A stretch of DNA of 64,000 nucleotides from Armatimonadota bacterium (lineage in GTDB: Bacteria; Armatimonadota; Zipacnadia; UBA1398; JAKPQA01), in assembly GCA_029547025.1 (NCBI GenBank), contig JAKPQA010000074.1, positions 8,796 through 72,795 on the forward strand, given 5' to 3'. The notes beneath the pieces are model-generated. The model made no database searches. It was not told the origin of the DNA and worked only from the letters and a program-made list of their open reading frames with translations. Every line of letters begins with the position of its first letter. Position 1 is the first letter of the stretch. Below are positions 9,903 to 21,005 of this stretch, piece after piece. The position numbers and the translations under genes were made by a program.

Positions 9903-12386
9903 TTGCTGCTCCCTCTGATCTGCAGTGCGTTTCCCGCCACCGCCCTGGCGTTGGGGGCCTCTGAGCGCCAGGCGGAGGTGACCATCCATCGCGACCAAGT
10001 CATCGCCCACGTCTCGCCGTATATGACGGGAGCTTGCCTGGAGGACGTGAACCACGAGGTCTACGGCGGCATCTATGCGCAGATGGTGTTCGGCGAGAGC
10101 TTCCAGGAACCGCCGGCGCCTGCGCCCGTGGCCGGGTTCACCGCTTACGACGGAGCCTGGCTGGTGGCCGGGGATGGGACGCTTCACGGTGCCGCCGCGC
10201 CTGGCCCAAAGCTGGTTTGTGACCAGGAGTGGCAGCGGCCCGGGGCGTGCGGGGTCGAGGTGTGGTTCGCGGACCGAGCCGAGGGAAATGCCGGCCTGGT
10301 GTTCCCCATCACCGATGCCGGTCGCGGACCCGACCGGATGACCGCGTACGAGATCTCACTGGATCCCTCACGGGGCGTGCTTGTCTTGGGCAAGCACGAA
10401 CAGAACTGGCGGCTCCTCGCCGAGCATCCCGTCGACATTCCCGTCGGCGAGTGGGTGCCGCTCACGGTGCGGCGAGACGCGAAGACGATCACGGTCGACA
10501 TCGCAGGGCGCCGCGCGCTGTCGTTCCTCGATCCCGGTGAGCCGATCGTTCGCGGCGCCGTGGGCTTGAGAACGTGGAACCGAGAGGCCTCCTTCCGCAA
10601 CTTGTGGGTCGAGCACGAGGGAGGGCACTCCGACCTACCCTTCCGGCAGGACGGGTCCCAGGACACCCGTGACCAGGTCAGCGGCATGTGGCGCCCCGTC
10701 CGCCGGGGCACGGCGCGTGCGGCGTTCTTCCTGGTCACCGACGCACCGTACACCGGCAGCCAGAGCCAGCGTATCTGTTTCGAGTCGGGCTCAGGCGCGG
10801 TGGGTGTTGTGAATCGCGGACTGAACCGCTGGGGCATGGCCTTCCTCCGCGACCACGACTACGAGGGATGCCTCTGGGCGCGATGCCCGAGGTCGACGCG
10901 GCTGGCCATCGAGGCGCAGACAGCCAGCGGAGAGGCCTCTCTGGCGCGGGCGGTTGTGAGCCTGCCTGCAGGAGACTGGCAGCGGCTGACCTTCACTCTG
11001 TCGCCCGACACCGGTACCGAATCGGGCCGCCTGGCCATTCTGCTCGAGGAGCCCGGCCAGGTCGACCTGGGCTACGTGTCGCTCCTGCCGGGCGAATGGG
11101 GACGCTTCCATGGGCTCCCGGTGCGGCGCGACGTGGGCGAAGCGCTCCAGAGGCAGGGGCTGACCGTGCTCCGCTATGGGGGCTGCATCGTGAACACAGA
11201 CCAGTACCGGTGGAAGTCCATGATCGGCCCGCGGGATCGGCGTCAGCCCTATCGGGGGTTCTGGTACCCCTACTCGACTAACGGGTGGGGCATCATCGAC
11301 TTCGTCGACTTCTGCCGCGCCGCGGGGTTCCTCGCCATTCCCGCGTTCAACATGGGTGAGACCCCCGAGGACATGCGCGACTTCGTCGAGTACATGAACG
11401 GGCCCAGCTACTCGGAGTGGGGGAGGCGACGAGCCGCCGACGGTCACCCCGAGCCCTATGGCCTGCGGTTCATCCAGCTCGGGAATGAGGAGGCCGTCAA
11501 CGAGGAGTACTTCGCGCGCTTCAGGCCCATGGCGGAGGCGATCTGGACCGCCGACCCGGACATCACGATCGTGGTCGGCGACTTCCTCTACTCCGAGCTG
11601 ATCGCGGACCCCTTCAGCTTCGATGGGAACCCGGTTATCCGGACGCTGGCAACCCACAAGGACATTCTCGAACTGGCGCGGCGCCATGGCCGCGAGGTGT
11701 GGTTCGACGTGCACGTAACGAGCGAGCGCCCGGAGTCTGTGGCGTGCATTGATCCACTGCCAACGCTGGCAAGTGCCCTGAGACAGCTGTGTCCTGGAGC
11801 CCAGTTCAAGTTGGCCGTGTTCGAGCTCAACGCAAACCAGCACGATCTGGGCCGGGGCCTGGCCAACGCACGGGCCATCAACCAGCTCGAGCGGATGGGC
11901 GACCTGGTCCGCATCGTCTGCTCGGCCAACTGCCTGCAGCCCGACGGGCAGAATGACAACGGTTGGAACCAGGGCCTGCTGTTCCTGAACCCGTCGCGCG
12001 TCTGGCCTCAGGCCGCCTACTTCGTCACGCAGATGCTGTCGGAGCACTATCTGTCGGTGTGTGTGGGGGCCGATGTCGCCGGGCAGGCCGACTGCCTTGA
12101 TGTAACCGCCAAGACCAGCTCCGACGGCCGGTTGGTCCAGCTGCAGATGGTCAACTGGGCCGATGAGCCCACGCGTCTCACCATACGCCTGGAGCCCCAC
12201 GGCTCGCTGGCCAGGCCGGCACACCGCGTCGAACTATGCGGGGGGACTAACCAAACCAACACCGCCGCCGAACCGGACGCCGTGGTCCCTGTGGCAGGGG
12301 ACATCGATCTCGTATCCACCGGCGCGGCGACCGAGTACGTTCTTCCACCGCGCTCCTTCACGGTGCTGCGCGCGCGAGCGGAGTAG
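9903..12386 (+). CDS. GH51 alpha-L-arabinofuranosidase-like protein with inserted DUF1080-like domain
   Basis: TTG start after GAGGAGG; EDVNHEVYGGIYAQM, LRYGG, YRWKSMIGPRDRR, GHPEPYGLRFIQLGNEE, C-terminal LPPRSFTVLR. Confidence 0.8.
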   Translation: MLLPLICSAFPATALALGASERQAEVTIHRDQVIAHVSPYMTGACLEDVNHEVYGGIYAQMVFGESFQEPPAPAPVAGFTAYDGAWLVAGDGTLHGAAAPGPKLVCDQEWQRPGACGVEVWFADRAEGNAGLVFPITDAGRGPDRMTAYEISLDPSRGVLVLGKHEQNWRLLAEHPVDIPVGEWVPLTVRRDAKTITVDIAGRRALSFLDPGEPIVRGAVGLRTWNREASFRNLWVEHEGGHSDLPFRQDGSQDTRDQVSGMWRPVRRGTARAAFFLVTDAPYTGSQSQRICFESGSGAVGVVNRGLNRWGMAFLRDHDYEGCLWARCPRSTRLAIEAQTASGEASLARAVVSLPAGDWQRLTFTLSPDTGTESGRLAILLEEPGQVDLGYVSLLPGEWGRFHGLPVRRDVGEALQRQGLTVLRYGGCIVNTDQYRWKSMIGPRDRRQPYRGFWYPYSTNGWGIIDFVDFCRAAGFLAIPAFNMGETPEDMRDFVEYMNGPSYSEWGRRRAADGHPEPYGLRFIQLGNEEAVNEEYFARFRPMAEAIWTADPDITIVVGDFLYSELIADPFSFDGNPVIRTLATHKDILELARRHGREVWFDVHVTSERPESVACIDPLPTLASALRQLCPGAQFKLAVFELNANQHDLGRGLANARAINQLERMGDLVRIVCSANCLQPDGQNDNGWNQGLLFLNPSRVWPQAAYFVTQMLSEHYLSVCVGADVAGQADCLDVTAKTSSDGRLVQLQMVNWADEPTRLTIRLEPHGSLARPAHRVELCGGTNQTNTAAEPDAVVPVAGDIDLVSTGAATEYVLPPRSFTVLRARAE

Positions 12387-12417
12387 AGGGGCGCGGGGGC
12401 GCGCTGGCGCGGCGGCC

Positions 12418-15390
12418 TCAGCGCAGTAGCACGGCCTCGGCCCAATCGGCGTGGTCCGCACCGATACCGTCGCCGCCATCGGTGACAACCAGTGTGAGCC
12501 GGCGGACGCCCCGGATGTCCACCCGGATCGGGATCGGCGTCGAGCGAACGCGCATGACCGGGCTGCGATACAGCTCAGCACCGTCTCCCTCGACGGCAAA
12601 GACCACCGAGTTGCCCGAGACCTCCTGGTCGCACCCGACCGTGGCCACGAAGGCCGTGTAGGCACCATCGATCTGATAGGTGATCCTGGAGTTCGCGTGG
12701 GTGCCGATGCCGCGACGGTGCACCCGGTTGCCGATGACCATGGGGGTCCCCATGACGCTGGCGTTCCGGTGGACCTGGCCCCAACCGGCCGTGGCTTCGG
12801 TCCAATCGAGCGCATCCAGGTACACCCCGTCCACATCGGTCGTGCGCCGCTTCATGCGGGAACTGGTCGCGCCCGCCTCCTTGGCATTCGCCAGCGGCAC
12901 GAGCGTCACTGACCACGGGCGCAACCCGGCAGGCTTCACGGGGAAGCTGGGGCCGACTGGCGGCTCCGCGCCACCGGAGCCGGCCCGCCGCTCGCCGCGC
13001 ACGAAGACGGCGCAGCGGCACTCGTCATCCGGGACGGTCAGCCGGTAGGACACACGATGCCGTCCCGCCGGCAGGGGGGCGAGGAACCACTGCCAGTCCT
13101 CCTGGGGTGTGGCGCCCGCAGCATAGAAGGTACCGCGGGAGCCGGTGACCTCGGGGGCAACCACCTGGCCGTCAACAACGATGTCGCACAGCGGCATTGC
13201 GCTTCCGGCAGGCCCTTCGGCCAGCAGACAGAGCTCCGCCGGCCGGGAGGTCCGCAACTCGCCAGAGCCCGAGAGCACCAGCGCCTCCGGGGAATCGCCA
13301 TCGGGCGAGGTCCACGATGGGCCAAGGGGAGGACGGTCATCCTCGAACGTGACCCGCTCGAAAGCCGGACTCGCCACCGGCCGCCACTCCACCCCGAGAC
13401 CAGGCACTACAGCCGGTGCGACACCGCGAGCAGGGACCGGAAGCACCTCGAGTACCGCCGTCTCATAGGGGCCCAGGGCCACACGGGGAAGGGCCTCGCC
13501 GCTGCGGGCAACGGCGAGCACGCAGCGAGCCGGGTAGTGCATCACCAACTGCCGGGCGCCATCGGTCCTGCACTCGGGCAAGACCACCTCGGCCTCCGAG
13601 ATCCACGGGTTGCGCGCGAAGTAGAGAGGCCGGTCGAGCCGCGGGTAGGCGTATCCGTAAACCTCCCTCGCCGAGGGATCCCCGCCGAATGGCTCAGGGC
13701 TCTGGAGTCTGGCGCGGTTCTCCCGTGCCCACTGCATCAGCTGGGCAAAGAACCGCCACTCATCGGCATCCATGTACAGCGGGTTGATGTACGTCGACTG
13801 AAACCAGTGGCCACGAGCGACCGCCATGACAGCGTGGTTGTAGAACGATCCCGAACACTGCACGATGATATCGAAGCACTCCAGTGCTGAGCTGGGCATC
13901 CAGAACGCATCGCGACCACGCAGATTCGCCACATCGCGCGCCGTGGTGAGCGACTCCATCCAGTCCGGGGCCGGACACACTCCTCGCGGGCAATCATCGC
14001 CGAACGGGCCGATCACAAACGGGGTGTGCATCAGCCACCACGGGCTAGGGAAGTACCCGAGACATGTGGGTTCGAGTGCGATGTCCGGGGCCTGGGCACG
14101 CAGGGCGTCGAACACGTCCAACAAGCCCTCGGCGATGGGCTGGTAGGACTCAGAGGCCGGCCGGTGGCCGTGCTCGGCAGAGGGGCAGGGCCATGCCAGG
14201 CCGTCGAACTTCACATGGGCCATCTGGCCGTCCCGCACATGGCTCAGGACCGCCGACTTGAACGACTGCTGATACCGTCCGCCACGAGCCAGGCACGCAT
14301 AGCGAGTGCCGGCCGCGTTGGTGAACGTCTCGTAACCCTCCCCATCCAGCCACTCGTTGTCCAGCGCCGGGGGATAGCAGCTACTTGGCGAGACCCACAG
14401 CCCCGGCCGGCAGCCCATGGGCGCCAGAGCCCTCGCGATCCGGCGAAAGCCCTCGGGGTAGGCCTCTCCGTTCACCTGCCACACCGTGTGCGGGTCCGAC
14501 CAACCCATGTCCATGGCATACGAGTCAAAGAAGAAGCCCGTACGGTCGTACAGGCTCGCCTTCAGGTCCGCAATGTTGGCGAGCACGTCGTGTTCCGTGA
14601 ATGGGACCGGCATCGTCCACCAGTTGTTGTAGTGGATGTGCATGTCCTTGGGCTTCACCCACACCGTGTCAAGATACCGCAGGAAGGCCACGCGCACCGC
14701 TTCGGCGCCGCGCGTGACGTCCTCCAGCGAGGCCGCCCCGAACACAGCCGAAGGCACGTCGACCCACTGGCTGCCGACGGTGATGTACGAGTGCTGGGCA
14801 ATGTGGAGGGCATCGCCATCGACCTGAGTCATGGCCGACGGGTGTTCGACCCCGGCGAAGATCCGATCACCCACCACGGGGCATGAGACATGCTCGGGGC
14901 CTATGCGCCGCAGTGTCTGTCCGGGCAGGCGCAGATCCAGGAGCCCGACCCGCTGGATGACCACCGGGGCCGCAAGGGCGCGCAGACGCGTACGTACCCG
15001 CAGAGTCCGACCGTCCGCGCAGAAGCCAAAGGTCTGCCGCACCCGCACGGCAGTGGGCAGGAGCTCGGCCTCGAAGATGGCCTCACGATCGCCCGGCTCC
15101 CCGCCTGCGAGGAAGCGGAAGCCCACGTCACCCAGGTTGGCGCGGATGCCATCCTCAGTCTGCAGGCTGAATCGCGGGCCGTCCACCGGCCAGGTGAGCC
15201 CCGTCGCCACGTCGCCGAACGCGCTCCAGCGATACCGCCCGCCCGCCTTCGCGAACACCACACGCGTGCCACCCGGCCCTGCCAGCACCACCTGCTCGGG
15301 CTGCGCCGAAACCGCCGACACCCCGATGGTCAGAGACGCGATGCCAAGCACGACCGACCGCCGGCATCCGGTTCCGAATCTTGTCCTCAC
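12418..15390 (-). CDS. Clan GH-D-like (alpha-galactosidase-like) hydrolase with C-terminal NPCBM domain
   Basis: GTG 15390 overlaps upstream stop (GTGA); HYNNWW, MDMGW, GLWVSP, HVKFDG; C-terminal RGIGTHANS...GDGIGADHADWAEA. Confidence 0.7.
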   Translation of the reverse strand: MRTRFGTGCRRSVVLGIASLTIGVSAVSAQPEQVVLAGPGGTRVVFAKAGGRYRWSAFGDVATGLTWPVDGPRFSLQTEDGIRANLGDVGFRFLAGGEPGDREAIFEAELLPTAVRVRQTFGFCADGRTLRVRTRLRALAAPVVIQRVGLLDLRLPGQTLRRIGPEHVSCPVVGDRIFAGVEHPSAMTQVDGDALHIAQHSYITVGSQWVDVPSAVFGAASLEDVTRGAEAVRVAFLRYLDTVWVKPKDMHIHYNNWWTMPVPFTEHDVLANIADLKASLYDRTGFFFDSYAMDMGWSDPHTVWQVNGEAYPEGFRRIARALAPMGCRPGLWVSPSSCYPPALDNEWLDGEGYETFTNAAGTRYACLARGGRYQQSFKSAVLSHVRDGQMAHVKFDGLAWPCPSAEHGHRPASESYQPIAEGLLDVFDALRAQAPDIALEPTCLGYFPSPWWLMHTPFVIGPFGDDCPRGVCPAPDWMESLTTARDVANLRGRDAFWMPSSALECFDIIVQCSGSFYNHAVMAVARGHWFQSTYINPLYMDADEWRFFAQLMQWARENRARLQSPEPFGGDPSAREVYGYAYPRLDRPLYFARNPWISEAEVVLPECRTDGARQLVMHYPARCVLAVARSGEALPRVALGPYETAVLEVLPVPARGVAPAVVPGLGVEWRPVASPAFERVTFEDDRPPLGPSWTSPDGDSPEALVLSGSGELRTSRPAELCLLAEGPAGSAMPLCDIVVDGQVVAPEVTGSRGTFYAAGATPQEDWQWFLAPLPAGRHRVSYRLTVPDDECRCAVFVRGERRAGSGGAEPPVGPSFPVKPAGLRPWSVTLVPLANAKEAGATSSRMKRRTTDVDGVYLDALDWTEATAGWGQVHRNASVMGTPMVIGNRVHRRGIGTHANSRITYQIDGAYTAFVATVGCDQEVSGNSVVFAVEGDGAELYRSPVMRVRSTPIPIRVDIRGVRRLTLVVTDGGDGIGADHADWAEAVLLR

Positions 15391-16019
15391 GGGTTCTCCC
15401 ACACCTGAATGTCGCGGAAGCGCACGTCCATGACCGTGCCCGAGTGCATCTGGAGCGCGATGTGGCCCCTGGGCCGGCCCGGGTCGTCGCGGAGCTGCGC
15501 CGTCACGGTGCCGTTGAGCCGCACCTCGACGGTACCACCCGAGGCAAGGATCTCCAAGTCGTTCCAGTCGCCCGGCCTCACCCATCGCTTCTCGTCGTCG
15601 ACCGTGGGGTGCACGAGCCATCCGCGGTCGTAACTCTCATAGATCCCGCCGTTGCCGCTGCCGATAGGCCCCACCTGTATCTGCAGACCGTGCGCCTCAT
15701 CCGGTGGCTGGATGTCGGTGCGGATGTACACACCGCTATCGCCGTTGTCGGACTTGTACCGGAGGCGCAGCCGGAAGTCGCGGAACGTGTCCTTGCTGAC
15801 GAGCAGACCATAGAGCTTCTCATTGCAGGCGCGACCAACGAGCGAGCCGCTCTCGACGGTCCAGAGCCCGTCCCCCACCATATGCCACCCGGCGAAAGTG
15901 TAGCCGTCCATCAGTGGGCGCCAACCAGTCGGCCGGCGCGGAGCGCACCACGACGGCGAGGGCAGCGGAACGAGGCAAGCAAACAGGCAGCCAGCGAGAC
16001 AGAATCGTCTGCGATTCAT
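15387..16019 (-). CDS. DUF1080 (3-keto-disaccharide hydrolase family) secreted protein
   Basis: ATG 16019 after GGGAGG; WRPLMDG..FAGW, DFRLRLRYK, GDSGVYIR, GDWNDLEI, GHIALQMH, VRFRDIQV. Confidence 0.85.
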   Translation of the reverse strand: MNRRRFCLAGCLFACLVPLPSPSWCAPRRPTGWRPLMDGYTFAGWHMVGDGLWTVESGSLVGRACNEKLYGLLVSKDTFRDFRLRLRYKSDNGDSGVYIRTDIQPPDEAHGLQIQVGPIGSGNGGIYESYDRGWLVHPTVDDEKRWVRPGDWNDLEILASGGTVEVRLNGTVTAQLRDDPGRPRGHIALQMHSGTVMDVRFRDIQVWENP

Positions 16020-16213
16020 CGTACCCTCCCAGGTGATCCGACCTGCCGGCCGGTTGAAACGCTGCCGGCCACCGTGGCTTTCCCCCTGGGGATGCGCAAG
16101 CCCTTGCATGCCGGCGAATGGCTGGCCCACGCGCCCCCAAGGTCGGCCGGGCCGCCGCGCTGAACACAGTACCCGCATCACCACTGGCTGTTCCCGCTCA
16201 AGGAGGCTCCGCC

Positions 16214-18745
16214 GTGCGAGTCCTGCCCACTCTCCTGCCCCTGCCCATTATCGGAGGCGTGCTCGTGCCCACCCACGCCGCTCCGGTGGATCTGCCACCT
16301 GAGGTCGCGCTCAACCGCGAGTGGGCGGAACGGGCCTTCTCTGCTGGCGGTGGGGAGCCCGTCCCCGCCCACCGGCTGACCGTGGTCCACGAGGATTCCG
16401 CAGGCGACACAAAGGTCGGCCGGTGCTCGTTCGGCGGGCCCATGCGGCTCGGCGACGACACCTACGCCCGCGGGATCGGCGTCAACTCGCACAGCGTGCT
16501 GCGGGTGAGTCTGGCACGCCCTGCCGAGCGGTTCCTCGCCCGCATCGGCCTCGACCGTAATGTCGACAACACCCCCGCCTCCGTCCGCTTTCATGTCGCC
16601 GTGGGGGGACAGGACGTTTTCGCGACGGACGTTCTGCGCGCGGGCGCGCCCCCGCAGGATATTGACGTGTCCCTCGCCGGCGCCACTGAGCTCGAGCTCA
16701 TCGTGGACGTCGGGCCCGACGATCGTGGCTGGGACCAGGCCAACTGGGCCAACGCCCGAGTAATCCTGGATGATGGCTCCGAAGTCTGGCTAGACGACCT
16801 GGCCCGGAGCGCGGAGCTCCAGGCCGGTCCGCCGTTCTCGTTCGTCTACGACGGACGCCCTTCGTCCGAGCTCCTGAGCACATGGGATCGGTCAGAGGCG
16901 ACTGAGGAGCGGGCGGACGGCAGTATCGTCAAGACACTGACGTTCCGCGACCCCGCCACAGGGCTCGAGGTCGAGGCCACATGCACCATCTACACCGATA
17001 CGGCGGGCGCCGACTGGGCCCTGCGCTTCACGAATGGGGGCGACGCAGACACTCCCGTGCTCGAGCAAGTGCAGGCGGTCGATGCGACTCTCGGCCTCGG
17101 GCCCGGCAGCCAGGTGACCCTTCACCGGCTGAACGGGGCACCGTGCCTCGTGGACGACTGGATGCCTTTCGACCAGCCCGTTCCCCCTGGGCAGGCCGTG
17201 GCCTTCTCGGCCACCAACGGCCGGTCGTCGAACGTCTCGCCCTTCTTCAACGTGAGCTGGGGGGGCGGCGGCGTCATCACGGCCATCGGCTGGTCGGGCC
17301 AGTGGGCGTCCTCAGTCGGCCTGCAGGAAGACCGGCTGCGCATTCGGGCGGGCACGGAGAACCTGCGGACCGTGCTGCACCCGGGCGAGTCGATCCGCAG
17401 TCCGCGGATCCTGCAGCTCTACTGGACCGGTGACGATTCCTGGCGGGCCTACAACCTGTTCCGGCGCACCATGTTGGCGCACATCGTCCCGCGAGAGGGC
17501 GACGGCCCGGCCTTCCCTCCCATTGCACACCTGAGCACTTCCTTCTACGAGCTCAATGCGACGAACCAGGAGAACGTCCTCTCTCACCTCAACTCGGTGA
17601 AGGGTCTCGGCTTCGAGGTGTTCTGGTTGGACGCCTACTGGACCGGCCCGGATGGCTTCCCGAACAGCATGGGCAACTACGGTCTGCCCCTCGAGCGGGT
17701 CGAGCCCAGGGACCGCTTCCCCGATGGCTTGGCAGCCATCGGCCGAGCGGTAAGCGATGTGGGGCTCAAGTTCCTGATGTGGTTCGAGCCCGAGCGCGTG
17801 GCGCCGGGGACACGCATCGCCCGCGAACACCCGGAGTGGGTCCTCTCGCCGGGCGGCGACGGCAGCGGGCTGTTCCACCTGGGCATCCCCGAAGCGCGGG
17901 CGTACATGACCGAGTACCTCGACGCGGCCATCAAGGGCTATGGGCTGAGCTGGCTCCGGATCGACTACAACATCGACCCTCTCACATTCTGGCAGTTCGG
18001 CGACCAGGACCGTCCCGACCGGTTAGGCATGACCGAGATGCGCTACATCGAGGGCCTCTACCAGATGTGGGACGACCTTCGCGCCGCGAACCCGGGTCTT
18101 CTGATCGACGACTGCGCCTCCGGCGGCCGTAGGGTCGACCTCGAGACCTGCTCGCGGTCTCTGATCCTCTGGCGGAGCGACAACACGTGCGACATGGTGG
18201 GTTCGAGCCGCGACTCGATACTCATGGCCGCCGTCAAGAACCAGCTCATGAGCGCCGGGCTGAACCGCTACCTGCCGATGAGCATCGTGGGCCAGATGGG
18301 GGCTGCGCCGTACTTCTTCCGCAGCGGCTTCAACGGCGGCATAGCCTTCGGCGAGGACGTCCGGCCCGCCGACTACCCGCGGGACCAGCTCAAGCAGGCC
18401 ATCGCCGAATGCAGGCGGATCCGTAAGTACTGGTTGGGCGACTTCTACCAGCTCTCCGAGGCCACCCCCGACCCCCGCGACTGGTGTGTGCTGCAGTACC
18501 ACCGCCCGGAGCAGGAGGACGGCATCGTGCTCGCGTTCCGCCGGCACTTGTCACCCTACAGCGGCTACGATTGTGCCCTGCGGGCGATCGACCCGAACGC
18601 GACCTACGCGGTGACCGTCTCCACCACCTACGAGCCCTCCCCGGAGGTCACGATGCACGGCGCCGAGCTGCAGCGGCTTAACATCGTCATCCACGAGTGC
18701 CCAGGGTCGGCGCTGCTGGAGTACCGGAAGACCGGCGGAGGGTAG
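16214..18745 (+). CDS. GH36 alpha-galactosidase-like protein with N-terminal NPCBM domain
   Basis: GTG 16214 after AAGGAGG; ARGIGVNS...DQANWANAR; FWLDAYW, WFEPERV, LRIDYN, IDDCASGGRR, WRSD. Confidence 0.85.
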   Translation: MRVLPTLLPLPIIGGVLVPTHAAPVDLPPEVALNREWAERAFSAGGGEPVPAHRLTVVHEDSAGDTKVGRCSFGGPMRLGDDTYARGIGVNSHSVLRVSLARPAERFLARIGLDRNVDNTPASVRFHVAVGGQDVFATDVLRAGAPPQDIDVSLAGATELELIVDVGPDDRGWDQANWANARVILDDGSEVWLDDLARSAELQAGPPFSFVYDGRPSSELLSTWDRSEATEERADGSIVKTLTFRDPATGLEVEATCTIYTDTAGADWALRFTNGGDADTPVLEQVQAVDATLGLGPGSQVTLHRLNGAPCLVDDWMPFDQPVPPGQAVAFSATNGRSSNVSPFFNVSWGGGGVITAIGWSGQWASSVGLQEDRLRIRAGTENLRTVLHPGESIRSPRILQLYWTGDDSWRAYNLFRRTMLAHIVPREGDGPAFPPIAHLSTSFYELNATNQENVLSHLNSVKGLGFEVFWLDAYWTGPDGFPNSMGNYGLPLERVEPRDRFPDGLAAIGRAVSDVGLKFLMWFEPERVAPGTRIAREHPEWVLSPGGDGSGLFHLGIPEARAYMTEYLDAAIKGYGLSWLRIDYNIDPLTFWQFGDQDRPDRLGMTEMRYIEGLYQMWDDLRAANPGLLIDDCASGGRRVDLETCSRSLILWRSDNTCDMVGSSRDSILMAAVKNQLMSAGLNRYLPMSIVGQMGAAPYFFRSGFNGGIAFGEDVRPADYPRDQLKQAIAECRRIRKYWLGDFYQLSEATPDPRDWCVLQYHRPEQEDGIVLAFRRHLSPYSGYDCALRAIDPNATYAVTVSTTYEPSPEVTMHGAELQRLNIVIHECPGSALLEYRKTGGG

Positions 18746-19183
18746 AGCGCTCTCACCTGACACGAGCGCTCCTCATGACCCTCGCCGCAACCGGCACGCC
18801 GCGATCGCCCACGTGGACGCGCGCGCCCGTGGGTCGGTACCACGTGGTGTCTGCGGAGAGGACCTACTCCGCTGGCTGCGCGCCTTCGCCGACATGACGC
18901 CCGCGCTTCCATGCCCGGACATCCCCCCTTGTAGGCATCGAAGCGCGACTCGGTGATGCTCTGGGACTGGGCCATGATTGTCCCGCGGGGGCGGCCGGGC
19001 GAGTTGAGTTCGACCATGCGCGACATGGTTGCCCGGGGCGACATCAGCCCGGATGTGGCCCGACGGCTGAATGTGCTGTCTGCTAAGTGACGCCCGCCAA
19101 GGGAGTCCCTGGCTCGTGGGCGAAACAGGGCGGTAGATCAACCAGTGTCCAAGGACGTGCGCGAGACCGAGAGGTGAGTGGGC

Positions 19184-20419
19184 ATGCTCCAGGCTAAGTT
19201 GTCGCCGACACTCCTGGCGGCTCTGTCGTGCGGCGGTGGTGCACTCCTTATCGGTGCGTCTGTGGCCGGCGGAGCCGAAACGGAACGATGGCAGATCGGG
19301 ACCCCCATCGCGACCTACTGGGCCGGACCGCCCATGACGGACGCCACGGCAGAGCAGATGGCCGACGGCGGGTTCAACGTCGTGTGGTGCACTCCCGACG
19401 AGCTCGACACCGTCCAACGGCACGGCCTGCGCGCCCTCCTGGCGAGTGGCCTCATCGCGCCGGAATCCCTCGACGACCCCGCCAAGCGACAGGAGCTCGA
19501 CGCGCTCATCGCCCGCGTCAAAGGCCACCCGGCCCTGTACGCCTACTTCGTCACCGACGAGCCCAACGCCTCACGCTTCGCGGCCCTCGGCAAGCTGGTG
19601 GCGTACCTGCGCGAGCGAGACCCGGCCCACCTGGCCTACATCAACCTCTTCCCCAGCTACGCGACCAATGAGCAGCTCGGCACAGCTGGTGACCACGAGG
19701 CGGCCTACGCGGAGCACCTGCGGCAGTACGTCGATGTGGTCAAGCCCGACTTGATCAGCTACGACCACTACCACTACACGTCGGCGGGCGATGGCGGCTG
19801 GTACTTCCTGAACCTGGCCATGATTCGGCAGAAAGCCCTCGACGCCGGCCTGCCGTTCCTCAACATCGTCCAAGCCTCCTCGTGGACTCCCTCCATGCGC
19901 GTCCCCAACGGCGACGAGCTCGCGTGGCTGGTGTACACGTCGCTGGCGTATGGCGCCCAGGGCATCTCCTACTTCGTCTACTACTACCCCGACTGGCAGG
20001 GCGCCATGGCGAACGCCGACGGCACCACCACGCCGCTCTACGACGCCGCCTCTCACCTGAACAGGGAGTTCGTGGCCATCGCGAAGGAGCTCCAGCCGCT
20101 GACGTCTCTCGGCGCGTACCACCTCGGCGAACTGCCGCGCGGTGCCGAGGCGCTACCCGACGATTCGCCCGTGAAGGTCGTGGGGGCCCAGCCCGCCCAG
20201 GGGCTCGTGGTTGGCCTTTTCGGCCGCGACGGCACGGCCAGCCACGCCGTCATCGTCAACCGTGACTACCGGTGGGGCGTGCGTGTGACGCTCTCCGTGC
20301 CGCGGGACACCCGTGTGTTCGGCGGCGCGGCGGCCGGATGGAGCCCGACCTATGGCAACGGAAGTGTCACCGTCGAGCTGGGACCGGGCCGAGGCAAGCT
20401 CGTGCGGTGGAAGCGATAG
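19184..20419 (+). CDS. Secreted hypothetical protein, probable TIM-barrel glycoside hydrolase-like
   Basis: GAGGTGA RBS and signal peptide; GGFNVVW, HPALYAYFVTDEP, AYINLFP, LISYDHY, LAYGAQGISYF. Confidence 0.65.
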   Translation: MLQAKLSPTLLAALSCGGGALLIGASVAGGAETERWQIGTPIATYWAGPPMTDATAEQMADGGFNVVWCTPDELDTVQRHGLRALLASGLIAPESLDDPAKRQELDALIARVKGHPALYAYFVTDEPNASRFAALGKLVAYLRERDPAHLAYINLFPSYATNEQLGTAGDHEAAYAEHLRQYVDVVKPDLISYDHYHYTSAGDGGWYFLNLAMIRQKALDAGLPFLNIVQASSWTPSMRVPNGDELAWLVYTSLAYGAQGISYFVYYYPDWQGAMANADGTTTPLYDAASHLNREFVAIAKELQPLTSLGAYHLGELPRGAEALPDDSPVKVVGAQPAQGLVVGLFGRDGTASHAVIVNRDYRWGVRVTLSVPRDTRVFGGAAAGWSPTYGNGSVTVELGPGRGKLVRWKR

Positions 20420-20453
20420 AGGCCCGAGACATACTGGGCCGCTTCAGGAAGGA

Positions 20454-21005
20454 ATGGTGGTTGGCGCAATGCGTTCGGCGCACCACGTGATCATAGTAAT
20501 AGCCCTTTCCGCAGCCATCGCCGGGTGTGGGAGCGGCGCACCCGTGGACCAGACGGTCGAGCCCCCGTCTCTTCAGGTCCAGGTGACCTGCACCGAGCAC
20601 TGGCTCGATGCCAGCGGAGCCGCCGGGAGAGCACTGCTCATCGATACACCGTTCAACAAGGTGCAGATCACTGTCGATGAGCAGCCCGAGGGGGGCACCC
20701 TCACCTTCACGCCGCTCTATATCAAGGAGGGCGTGCAAGTCTACACGCCGACCGGGAACACTGCCGGACTCAGGCAGGCCGGAACCTGGGACACCGTCTT
20801 CACGGTGATCTCCCCGCGAACACACTGCCTGCCCGGCCACTACGTGCTGACGATCCTGCCGTACGTCGAGACGTCCGTCATCGACTCGGGCTACTACCCC
20901 TTGCCAAACCAAAGCAGGACGGTCGAGCTGGACATCACCGATACCCAGCATGCGACGGCCACGGCCGCGGTTGAGACGTCCTGCATCAAGTTCCCGGGCG
21001 ACTAG
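20454..21005 (+). CDS. Hypothetical lipoprotein
   Basis: Hydrophobic stretch ending in lipobox IAGC; beta-rich mature part; start 20454 or 20469. Confidence 0.6.
   Translation: MVVGAMRSAHHVIIVIALSAAIAGCGSGAPVDQTVEPPSLQVQVTCTEHWLDASGAAGRALLIDTPFNKVQITVDEQPEGGTLTFTPLYIKEGVQVYTPTGNTAGLRQAGTWDTVFTVISPRTHCLPGHYVLTILPYVETSVIDSGYYPLPNQSRTVELDITDTQHATATAAVETSCIKFPGD

Noticed and set aside
18956-19090. 44-aa ORF MLWDWAMIVPRG... and possible riboswitch in the 18746-19183 gap
   Set aside because: No clear RBS or motif, and no riboswitch consensus recognised.
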